A program made the translations under genes and the position numbers. From an uncultured Clostridia bacterium (GTDB lineage: Bacteria; Bacillota; Clostridia; Oscillospirales; Oscillospiraceae), in the NCBI GenBank assembly GCA_946620645.1, contig CAMONN010000001.1:1-54966 (forward strand): a stretch of 54,966 nt of DNA, in the 5' to 3' direction. Each line of letters opens with the position of its first letter. The first letter of the stretch is position 1. This document shows, piece after piece, positions 43,249-50,797 of this stretch. A model generated the notes under the pieces. That model searched no databases. It had not been told where the DNA came from and saw only the letters and a program-made list of their open reading frames with translations.

Positions 43249-44003
43249 AGGTGGTGATCTTTGGCGGCACCACCGAAGGCCGGGAGCTTTCCGCACTGCT
43301 GCAGCAGGCCGGAGCGGAGGTGACCGTGTGTGTTGCAAGCGAATACGGGGAAGAGGAGCAGGGACGCGTTGCCGGGGTTCAAACCCGCGTCGGCCCGCTG
43401 AGCGGGGAAGAAAAGCAGGCGCTGCTTGAAAAGGCAGCGATCTGTGTCGATGCAACCCATCCCTATGCGACGCATGTGACGGCCTCGGTGAAGGAGGCCT
43501 GCGGGAGAGCGGGGGTGGAGTATCTGCGCCTGCTGCGGGACCCCGGCGAAAGGCCGCCTGCCGGCGGCAGGAACACGGTCATGTTTTCAGGTGCGGGAGA
43601 GGCCGCAGGGTGGCTGCGTGAGAGGGAGGGGAACATTCTCCTGACAACCGGGGCCAGGGAACTGCCGGCGTTTGCAGGGCTCCCGCCCGGACGGATTTAC
43701 CCGCGGGTACTGCCGAGTCATGAGAGCCTGAAAGCCTGCGAAGACTGCGGTATTCCGCACCGGAACATTATCGCCATGCAGGGACCCTTTACCAGGGAAC
43801 TGAACACGGCGCTGATCCGGCAGTTTGAGATCCGCTTTGTTGTCACCAAGGACGGCGGCGGGCCGGGCGGTTTCCGGGAAAAGGCGGAGGCCGCCGAGGA
43901 AACAGGAACGTGGCTCCTTGTGCTGCGCCGTCCGGAAGAACAGGGCCTTTCCTTCCGGAATGTCCTGGACCGGTGTATGCTCCGGCTCGGAGGTGAAAAA
44001 TGA
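43245..44003 (+). CDS. cbiJ: Cobalt-precorrin-6A reductase
   Basis: MKVVIFGGTTEGRE ... DATHPYA ... GPF ... VTKDGG are CbiJ/CobK motifs. ATGA overlap with cbiH. Confidence 0.85.
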   Translation: MKVVIFGGTTEGRELSALLQQAGAEVTVCVASEYGEEEQGRVAGVQTRVGPLSGEEKQALLEKAAICVDATHPYATHVTASVKEACGRAGVEYLRLLRDPGERPPAGGRNTVMFSGAGEAAGWLREREGNILLTTGARELPAFAGLPPGRIYPRVLPSHESLKACEDCGIPHRNIIAMQGPFTRELNTALIRQFEIRFVVTKDGGGPGGFREKAEAAEETGTWLLVLRRPEEQGLSFRNVLDRCMLRLGGEK

Positions 44004-44105
44004 AGCCCGCCGGGCTGCCTTCGGCGCTGCCGGAGGGCGGTCCCGGCCATGAAATCCGGCAGATCCATAGTTTTATATTTTAATTATTCAAGGAGGAAAA
44101 AAGAA

Positions 44106-45110
44106 ATGAAGAAACTGCTCACTGCAATAGTATGCGCCTTTCTGCTGACCGTGCTGCTCACGGCCTGCGGAGGCGGGGCTCCCGCTTCTGTGCCTGCGGA
44201 GGAACCGAAGGAGGAGACTGCCGCACCAGCGGAAGAAGCCTCCGCCGCTGCGGAAACGGAGGAAGAGGAGGAGAATACGGGCGACGCCTCTCTGGATGAT
44301 CCTCTGAATCAGGACGGAATCGGAGAAAAGGAGCTTCTGGTGGTGTCCTTCGGGACGAGCTATAACGACAGCCGCCGTCTGACGATCGGCGCCATTGAAA
44401 AGGCGCTTCAGGCGGCATACCCCGACTGGAGCGTTCGCCGGGCTTTCACCAGTCAGATTATCATTGACCATGTGAAAAGCCGTGACGGCGAAGAGATTGA
44501 CAATGTGACGGAAGCCCTGGACCGCGCTCTGGCTAACGGCGTCAAATATCTGGTGGTTCAGCCCACCCATCTGATGACCGGGTTTGAGTACACTGATCTG
44601 GAGAATGAACTGGCGGAGTACGCCGATGCCTTTGAGCAGATTGTACTGAGCAAGCCGGTTTTAGCCAGCGAGACCGATTTTACTGTTGTTGAAGAGGCGC
44701 TTGTTGCCGAAACGTCTTCCTATGACGACGGAGAAACCGCCATCTGCCTGATGGGCCACGGGACGGAAGCCGAGTCCAATGCCGTTTATGCCAAGATGCA
44801 GGCGGTCTTCAAGGAATCCGGGAACGAGAACTACTATGTCGGAACGGTCGAAGCGGAACCTTCCGTGGAGGATGTGCTGGCGGCGGTGAAGGCAGGAAAC
44901 TACAGGCGGGTCGTGCTGCGCCCGATGATGATCGTCGCGGGAGACCACGCCAACAACGACATGGCCGGGGATGACGAGGACAGCTGGAAGAGCATCTTCA
45001 GGAAAGCAGGTTATGAGGTTGAATGCGTGGTGGAGGGCCTTGGCCAGATGGAAGCGATTCAGGCCCTGATTCTGATACACGCCGGCAATGCCATCAGCCA
45101 GATCAAGTAA
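44106..45110 (+). CDS. cbiK: CbiK-type class II chelatase homologue with a lipoprotein signal peptide (predicted extracytoplasmic)
   Basis: AAGGAGGAAAAAAGAA SD, then ATG. MKKLLTAIVCAFLLTVLLTAC contains a lipobox (LTAC). An acidic linker of about 50 aa follows. The chelatase core then begins: LLVVSFGTSY ... VVQPTHLMTGFEY ... CLMGHGT ... PMMIVAGDHA. Confidence 0.8.
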   Translation: MKKLLTAIVCAFLLTVLLTACGGGAPASVPAEEPKEETAAPAEEASAAAETEEEEENTGDASLDDPLNQDGIGEKELLVVSFGTSYNDSRRLTIGAIEKALQAAYPDWSVRRAFTSQIIIDHVKSRDGEEIDNVTEALDRALANGVKYLVVQPTHLMTGFEYTDLENELAEYADAFEQIVLSKPVLASETDFTVVEEALVAETSSYDDGETAICLMGHGTEAESNAVYAKMQAVFKESGNENYYVGTVEAEPSVEDVLAAVKAGNYRRVVLRPMMIVAGDHANNDMAGDDEDSWKSIFRKAGYEVECVVEGLGQMEAIQALILIHAGNAISQIK

Positions 45111-47069
45111 ATGAGTTACACTTTCAGGAAATATCTTGCGGTCCTGCTGATCTGCCTGGCGGCCATTCCAGTCCTTGCAGGCTGCGGCCGGAGGAACGCA
45201 ACCCCGCCGGAGAGCCCGGCGGAGGACAGGCCTTCTGCGGAAGCCGTACCCTCTCCCGCGGTAGCCGACTCTTCACAGATGGCACCGGTGGAAGAGGTCG
45301 TGGAAGAGGGAATGGTCCCGGTTTATGCAGAGAGTCTTCTGGAGGGGGACTACCCGGTGCAGGTGGAATCCAGCTCCTCCATGTTTCGTATTGAAAGCGC
45401 CCTCCTGCATGTAAAGGAGGGCGGCATGAGCGTGACGCTCACCATGGGCGGAAAGGGTTATCTTTACGTCTACCCGGGGAGCGCGGCGGAGGCCGCGGCC
45501 GGGGAGGAAAGGACCCGCATCGCTGTTCAGGAGAATGGGGAAGGAGACCATACTTTCACCATCCCGGTAGAGGCCCTGGACCAGGGAATCCCCTGCGCGG
45601 CGTTCAGCAAAAAGAAGGAACTCTGGTATGACCGGACGCTGCTGCTGCGGGCGGACTCTCTGCCGGCGGAGGCGTTCCGGGAGGGCTTCCTGGTTACGGC
45701 GGAAAGCCTTGGCCTCGGGGACGGGGAATACACCGTCGCCGTGGCCCTCTCCGGAGGAAGCGGGCGGGCTCGGGTGGCCTCTCCCGCCGCTCTGAGCGTA
45801 AAGGACGGGAAGGCCCAGGTCCGGATTGTCTGGAGCAGCGGCAACTACGACTACATGAAGGTCAGCGGCGAGCGGATTCTGCCGCTGGAGAATTCGGAAC
45901 CCTCGACGTTTCTGATTCCGGTGGCCTGCTTTGACCGGCCCATGCCGGTGATTGCCGACACGGTCGCCATGAGCGAGCCCCACGAAATATCCTATACCCT
46001 CCGGCTGGACTCCGAAAGCATCAAGGAGTCCGGCAGGGCGGATCATATGGATTTGCATTACGCCGAACACTTCGCAGTGGATTATCTCCCCGGCGGCGCG
46101 GCGAAGCTTACCGTCGGCGGAAAGGAAGTATTTCTCCTGCTGCCGGCGGATGCGGAAGTGCCGGCGGGGCTGGAAAACACCCCAAGAATTACCATCCCGG
46201 CGGACAATATCTACCTTGGCAGCTCTTCGGCTGCGGACCTGTTTCTGCAGGCAGGCGCCCTCGACCGGGTGAGATACACCGGGACCGCAGCGGAAAACTG
46301 GAAGATTCCGGCCCTGAGACAGGCGGTGGAGAGCGAAGAAATCCTGTATGCAGGCAAATACAGCGCCCCGGACTATGAGCTGCTGCTCGCGGAAGGATGC
46401 GGACTGGCGCTGGAAAACACCATGATTCTCCATGAGCCTGCCGTAAAGGAAAAGCTTGAGCAGCTGGGCATCCCGGTGCTGACGGAGTATTCCAGCTATG
46501 AAGCGCATCCGCTGGGCAGGGTGGAATGGATCCGGCTGTACGGCCTGCTGAGCGGTCATGACGCCGAAGCGGAGGCCTTTTTCGCCGGGCAGGAGGCGCT
46601 GTTTCAAGAGGTGGAAGCCCTGACACGGGATGGCGGCGAGGGGAAGACCGCGGCCTTTTTCCACATCTCGCCCAACGGCGGCGTGGTGGTGCGGCGGCAG
46701 GCGGATTATGTGACGCGAATGATCGAGCTCGCCGGCGGGAGAAGCGCGCTGACGGAGCTTCCGGAATCGGAGAATGCCCTTTCCAGCGTCACCATCCAGA
46801 TGGAGGCATTTTATGCCCAGGCCCGGGATGCCGATGTGCTGATCTACAACAGCACCACGGCAGGGGATGTAAGGGATATGGAGCAGTTCCTCTCTCTGAG
46901 CCCTCTGCTGAAAGATTTTAAGGCTGTGCAGGAAGGCGAAGTCTGGTGTACGGATATGAGCATGTTCCAATGCTCCTCTGCCGCAGCGGGGATCATCGCC
47001 GATCTGAGGGCAATACTGAGCGGGGAAGCGGATGAAGGCCGGCTGCATTATCTGCACAGAATCGCATAA
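45111..47069 (+). CDS. Lipoprotein ABC substrate-binding protein (BtuF/FhuD-type cluster A domain) with a 300-aa N-terminal extension
   Basis: Signal peptide and lipobox LAGC (Cys25). Two paralogous modules of about 110 aa occupy roughly residues 76-300. The C-terminal periplasmic-binding-protein fold follows (NIYLGSSSAADLF...ILYAGKYSAPDYELL...IRLYGLL). Confidence 0.75.
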   Translation: MSYTFRKYLAVLLICLAAIPVLAGCGRRNATPPESPAEDRPSAEAVPSPAVADSSQMAPVEEVVEEGMVPVYAESLLEGDYPVQVESSSSMFRIESALLHVKEGGMSVTLTMGGKGYLYVYPGSAAEAAAGEERTRIAVQENGEGDHTFTIPVEALDQGIPCAAFSKKKELWYDRTLLLRADSLPAEAFREGFLVTAESLGLGDGEYTVAVALSGGSGRARVASPAALSVKDGKAQVRIVWSSGNYDYMKVSGERILPLENSEPSTFLIPVACFDRPMPVIADTVAMSEPHEISYTLRLDSESIKESGRADHMDLHYAEHFAVDYLPGGAAKLTVGGKEVFLLLPADAEVPAGLENTPRITIPADNIYLGSSSAADLFLQAGALDRVRYTGTAAENWKIPALRQAVESEEILYAGKYSAPDYELLLAEGCGLALENTMILHEPAVKEKLEQLGIPVLTEYSSYEAHPLGRVEWIRLYGLLSGHDAEAEAFFAGQEALFQEVEALTRDGGEGKTAAFFHISPNGGVVVRRQADYVTRMIELAGGRSALTELPESENALSSVTIQMEAFYAQARDADVLIYNSTTAGDVRDMEQFLSLSPLLKDFKAVQEGEVWCTDMSMFQCSSAAAGIIADLRAILSGEADEGRLHYLHRIA

Positions 47070-47087
47070 CGGAGGGAGACGCGGAAA

Positions 47088-48119
47088 GTGACGGAGCAAA
47101 GAGAACGCAGAATACAGCGCATTATTCTCTGCTTTACGGCGCTGGTGCTGCTGATGCTGGCGCTTGCGGCGCTGAATCTGGCATGCGGCAGTGCGTCCCT
47201 CTCCCCCGGGGAGCTGCTGACGGCGCTGGGTTCCGCCGGAGGAAAGAGCACCGCTTCCCGCATTGTGTGGGATATCCGCCTTCCGCGACTGCTGGCGGCG
47301 GCGCTGCTGGGGGGCGCGCTGTCGGTATCGGGGTTTCTGCTGCAGACCTTCTTTTCAAATCCTATTGCCGGCCCTTTTGTGCTGGGCGTGTCCTCCGGGG
47401 CGAAACTGACGGTGGCGCTGACGATGATTTTCTGTCTCAGCCGGGGGCTTCCGCTGAGTGCCGCCGGGATGATCGCGGCGGCTTTTGCCGGCTCGGTCCT
47501 GGCAATGGGGCTGGTGCTGCTGGCGGCCGGGAAACTGCGGGGCATGGCGCGGCTGATCGTCTGCGGAGTGATGATCGGATACATCTGCTCGGCCATCACT
47601 GATTTTGTCGTGACTTTTGCGGAGGACTCCAATATTGTGAACCTGCACAACTGGTCCCTGGGCAGCTTCTCGGGAATCGGATGGCCGGAGCTGCGGGTTG
47701 CTTCATTGACGGTAGGCGCTGCACTGGTCTGGACGGTTTTTCTCTCAAAATCCATGGGCGCCTATCAGCTTGGGGAGTCCTACGCCGGAAGCATGGGTGT
47801 AAACCTCCGGCGGTTCCGGACAGCGCTGATTCTGCTCTCAAGCGTGCTCTCCGCCTGTGTAACGGCCTTTGCGGGACCGATTTCCTTTGTGGGAATCGCG
47901 GTTCCCGGGCTGATGAAAGGTCTGTTCAGGACGGCAAAACCGCTCCTGATGATTCCGGCCTGCTTTCTGGGCGGGGGCTGCTTCTGCCTGCTGTGCGACC
48001 TGATCGCGAGGACGGTTTTTTCACCGACGGAGCTGTCCATCAGTTCCGTTACGGCGGTTTTCGGCGCACCGGTGGTCATCGGGATGCTGCTCAGACGGGG
48101 AAAGAAGACGGCACCATGA
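47088..48119 (+). CDS. FecCD/BtuC-family ABC permease
   Basis: About 9-10 transmembrane helices. The WDIRLPRLLAAALLGGALSVSG motif and the C-terminal FGAPVVIGMLLR are typical of the BtuC/FecCD family. GTG start after GGAGGGA. Confidence 0.85.
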   Translation: MTEQRERRIQRIILCFTALVLLMLALAALNLACGSASLSPGELLTALGSAGGKSTASRIVWDIRLPRLLAAALLGGALSVSGFLLQTFFSNPIAGPFVLGVSSGAKLTVALTMIFCLSRGLPLSAAGMIAAAFAGSVLAMGLVLLAAGKLRGMARLIVCGVMIGYICSAITDFVVTFAEDSNIVNLHNWSLGSFSGIGWPELRVASLTVGAALVWTVFLSKSMGAYQLGESYAGSMGVNLRRFRTALILLSSVLSACVTAFAGPISFVGIAVPGLMKGLFRTAKPLLMIPACFLGGGCFCLLCDLIARTVFSPTELSISSVTAVFGAPVVIGMLLRRGKKTAP

Positions 48120-49312
48120 ATACAGACACTTTAAGCACCCTGAACACTGAAGATGCCGGGCGCGGCGGCAGCCGGGAGGTCCGGAACCGCGGCAGGCAGG
48201 AAGAGGCCCTGCTCCGGACAGAGAACCTCGCCGTGGGCTACGGGAAACAAAACGTTGTAGAGGGAATCGCCCTGAGGGCGGAGCCTGGAAAAATCCTCTG
48301 CCTCATCGGGCCGAACGGAGCGGGAAAGTCCACCCTCCTGCGCACCCTGATCCGGGAGCTTCCGCCGACGGCGGGCGCCGTCTGGCTGGAGGGGCGAAAC
48401 CTGAACGGATACGGGGACCGGGAGCTGGCGACAATGCGGGCGGCTGTGCTGACGGGGCGGCCGGAGCCGGAGATGATGCGCTGCGAGGAAGTGGTGGAGG
48501 CCGGCCGGTACCCCTATACCGGGCGTCTTGGAATTCTCAGCCGGGAGGACCGGGCGCGGGTGCGCGAGTGCATGGAGCAGGTGGGCATCCTGTCTCTGGC
48601 GGACCGGGACTTCCAGTGCATCAGCGACGGCCAGCGCCAGCGGGTCCTGCTGGCGAGAGCCCTCTGCCAGGAACCGAAGCTGCTGGTCCTGGACGAGCCC
48701 ACCTCTTTTCTTGACATCCGGCACAAGCTGGACTTCCTCCAGCTGCTGCGGGATCTGATCCGGGAAAAACAGATCGCTGCGGTGATGAGCATGCACGAGC
48801 TGGAGCTGGCGCAGCGGTTCGCGGATACCCTGATCTGCATCCGGGACGGGAGAATCGACCGGGCGGGGCCGCCGGAAGAGGTGCTGACGGGGGGCTATAT
48901 TGAGAGACTCTACGGCATGGACCGGGGAACTTATGACTGCCTGACAGGAACCGCGGAGGCCGGACGGCTGACGGGTGCGCCGAAGGTGTTCGTTATCGGC
49001 GGCGGCGGCAGCGGAATCCCGGTATACAGAAAGCTTCGCCGGCAGGGGATCCCCTTCGCGGCGGGGGTGCTGCAGGAGAACGACCTGGACCTTCCCGCGG
49101 CAAGGGCGCTGGGAAGCCTGGTGATCACGGACCGGGCCTTCGAGCGCATCAGCCCGGAGAAGGCGGAAGAAGCCCTCAGGGTCCTGGAGCGGTGTGAGAG
49201 CGTTATCTGCACCGTATCCTTCGGGGATCAGAACCGTGAAAACCGGCGGCTGATGGAACGGGGGAAGGAACTGGGAATACTCCGGACGGCTGACGGAATG
49301 GAAGAGGCCTGA
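48116..49312 (+). CDS. ABC ATPase (FepC/BtuD-like) with an extra C-terminal domain of about 125 aa
   Basis: ATGA overlap with the permease. Walker A GPNGAGKST, signature SDGQRQR, Walker B LLVLDEPTSFLD and H-loop SMHE are present. Residues from about 271 to 398 lie beyond the ABC fold and contain VFVIGGGGSG. Confidence 0.8.
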   Translation: MNTDTLSTLNTEDAGRGGSREVRNRGRQEEALLRTENLAVGYGKQNVVEGIALRAEPGKILCLIGPNGAGKSTLLRTLIRELPPTAGAVWLEGRNLNGYGDRELATMRAAVLTGRPEPEMMRCEEVVEAGRYPYTGRLGILSREDRARVRECMEQVGILSLADRDFQCISDGQRQRVLLARALCQEPKLLVLDEPTSFLDIRHKLDFLQLLRDLIREKQIAAVMSMHELELAQRFADTLICIRDGRIDRAGPPEEVLTGGYIERLYGMDRGTYDCLTGTAEAGRLTGAPKVFVIGGGGSGIPVYRKLRRQGIPFAAGVLQENDLDLPAARALGSLVITDRAFERISPEKAEEALRVLERCESVICTVSFGDQNRENRRLMERGKELGILRTADGMEEA

Positions 49313-49382
49313 GCTTCCGGGAGTTCCGGAGAAGGGCGGACGGCACCGGGAAAAGCCGTGAAGCCCGCGGGCAAATAGACGG

Positions 49383-49411
49383 TTGCATCCGGAGAAGATT
49401 CGGGCTATAAT
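49383..49411 (+). promoter_or_regulatory. SigA-type promoter for the symporter gene
   Basis: CGGTTGCAT, 17-nt spacer, TATAAT. Confidence 0.5.
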
Positions 49412-49509
49412 ACTCCGGGTTTTCCCCGGCAGCCGTCTTTTTCGGAAATCGTATCAAGAGAACCGGACAGCCCGCAGGGAACCATGAAAGAAAAGGAGAA
49501 AAGCGAAAA

Positions 49510-50727
49510 ATGAAAAAACTGTTTTCCAGCCTCCCTTTCCGGCTGATTGTTGCCATTGCCGTGGGCGTTCTGCTTGGGCGTGTCTTTGGAGAAGGTGCCA
49601 TGAAAGTAGTGGTATCCCTTCAATATGTACTGGGGCAGCTGATCATGTTCTGTGTGCCGCTGATTGTCATTGGCTTTATCGCCCCGTCGATTACCAGAAT
49701 GGGCAACAACGCATCCCGCCTTCTCAGTATTGCGGTGGCGATTGCCTATCTGAGCTCCATCTGCGCCGCGTTTATGAGCATGGCGGCAGGCTACGGGCTG
49801 ATACCGCACCTGTCCATCGTGACGGATGTCGAGGGCCTTCGTGAGCTGCCGGAAGTGGTTTTCCAGCTGAACATCCCTCAGATTATGTCCGTTATGAGCG
49901 CGCTGGCCTTTTCTCTGCTGATCGGTCTGGCAGCGGTATGGACAAAGAGCGAACTGACCTGCAGCCTGCTGGAAGAGTTCCAGAATATTGTCCTGAAAGT
50001 TGTGGAGCGGGTGGTGATTCCCGTTCTGCCGGTTTATATCTGCTCCACGTTCTGCAACCTGAGCTATGAGGGCATGATTACTCACCAGCTTCCGGCATTC
50101 CTGCAGATTATCCTGATTGTCATGCTGGGGCATTATATCTGGCTGGCTGTGCTGTACCTGATTGCCGGAGCCTATTCCCGTAAAAACCCCTGGGAAGTGC
50201 TTCGCTACTACGGGCCCGCGTATCTTACCGCAGTCGGGACCATGTCCAGCGCCGCAACCCTGTCGGTTGCGCTGGACGGCGCGCGGAAGAGCAGGGTGCT
50301 GCGCCGCGACATGGTGGACTTCGGCATCCCGCTGTTTGCGAATATCCATCTGTGCGGCTCCGTGCTGACGGAAGTCTTCTTCTGCATGACGATTTCGAAA
50401 ATGCTGTACGGACGGCTGCCGGGCGTCGGCACCATGATATTGTTCTGCCTGCTGCTGGGCGTTTTCGCTATCGGCGCGCCGGGTGTCCCCGGAGGCACGG
50501 TTATGGCCTCGTTGGGCCTCATTACCGGTGTGCTGGGCTTTGACAGCGCGGGAACCGCGCTGATGCTCGCGATCTTCGCCCTGCAGGACAGTTTCGGCAC
50601 CGCCTGCAACGTAACCGGCGACGGTGCGCTGACCCTGTTCCTGACGGGCTATGCGGAGAAGCACCACATTACCGAGGTTCGGAATTCTGGAAAACCGGAC
50701 GTCCGCCGGCCGCATCTTGCAAAATAA
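49510..50727 (+). CDS. Dicarboxylate/amino acid:cation symporter family (SstT-like serine/threonine transporter)
   Basis: The membrane protein has DAACS motifs: GTMSSAATLSV, IGAPGVPGG and DSFGTACNVTGDG. Confidence 0.8.
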   Translation: MKKLFSSLPFRLIVAIAVGVLLGRVFGEGAMKVVVSLQYVLGQLIMFCVPLIVIGFIAPSITRMGNNASRLLSIAVAIAYLSSICAAFMSMAAGYGLIPHLSIVTDVEGLRELPEVVFQLNIPQIMSVMSALAFSLLIGLAAVWTKSELTCSLLEEFQNIVLKVVERVVIPVLPVYICSTFCNLSYEGMITHQLPAFLQIILIVMLGHYIWLAVLYLIAGAYSRKNPWEVLRYYGPAYLTAVGTMSSAATLSVALDGARKSRVLRRDMVDFGIPLFANIHLCGSVLTEVFFCMTISKMLYGRLPGVGTMILFCLLLGVFAIGAPGVPGGTVMASLGLITGVLGFDSAGTALMLAIFALQDSFGTACNVTGDGALTLFLTGYAEKHHITEVRNSGKPDVRRPHLAK

Positions 50728-50761
50728 AGGGCGAACCGCCGGCTGCATTTCAAACAAACAG

Positions 50762-50797
50762 AGCCGCCTCCCGTTTAAAACGGAAGGCGGCTGTTTT
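50762..50797. terminator. Bidirectional terminator overlapping the last codons of the helicase gene
   Basis: 13-bp stem with one mismatch (AGCCGCCTCCCGT / ACGGAAGGCGGCT), followed by GTTTT. The right arm lies within the helicase's final six codons. Confidence 0.6.

Noticed and set aside
41956-43455. 499-aa minus-strand ORF antisense to cbiG, cbiH and cbiJ. Similar ORFs occur at 30159-31154, 31045-31911, 32423-33496 and 34156-35067.
   Set aside because: Each crosses several tightly coupled plus-strand cbi genes. Their translations are Arg/Pro/Ala-rich with no domain signatures.
45273-47099. 608-aa minus-strand ORF antisense to the substrate-binding lipoprotein.
   Set aside because: Shadow ORF. 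The plus strand has a signal peptide, a lipobox and a periplasmic-binding-protein fold, and is contiguous with the rest of the operon.
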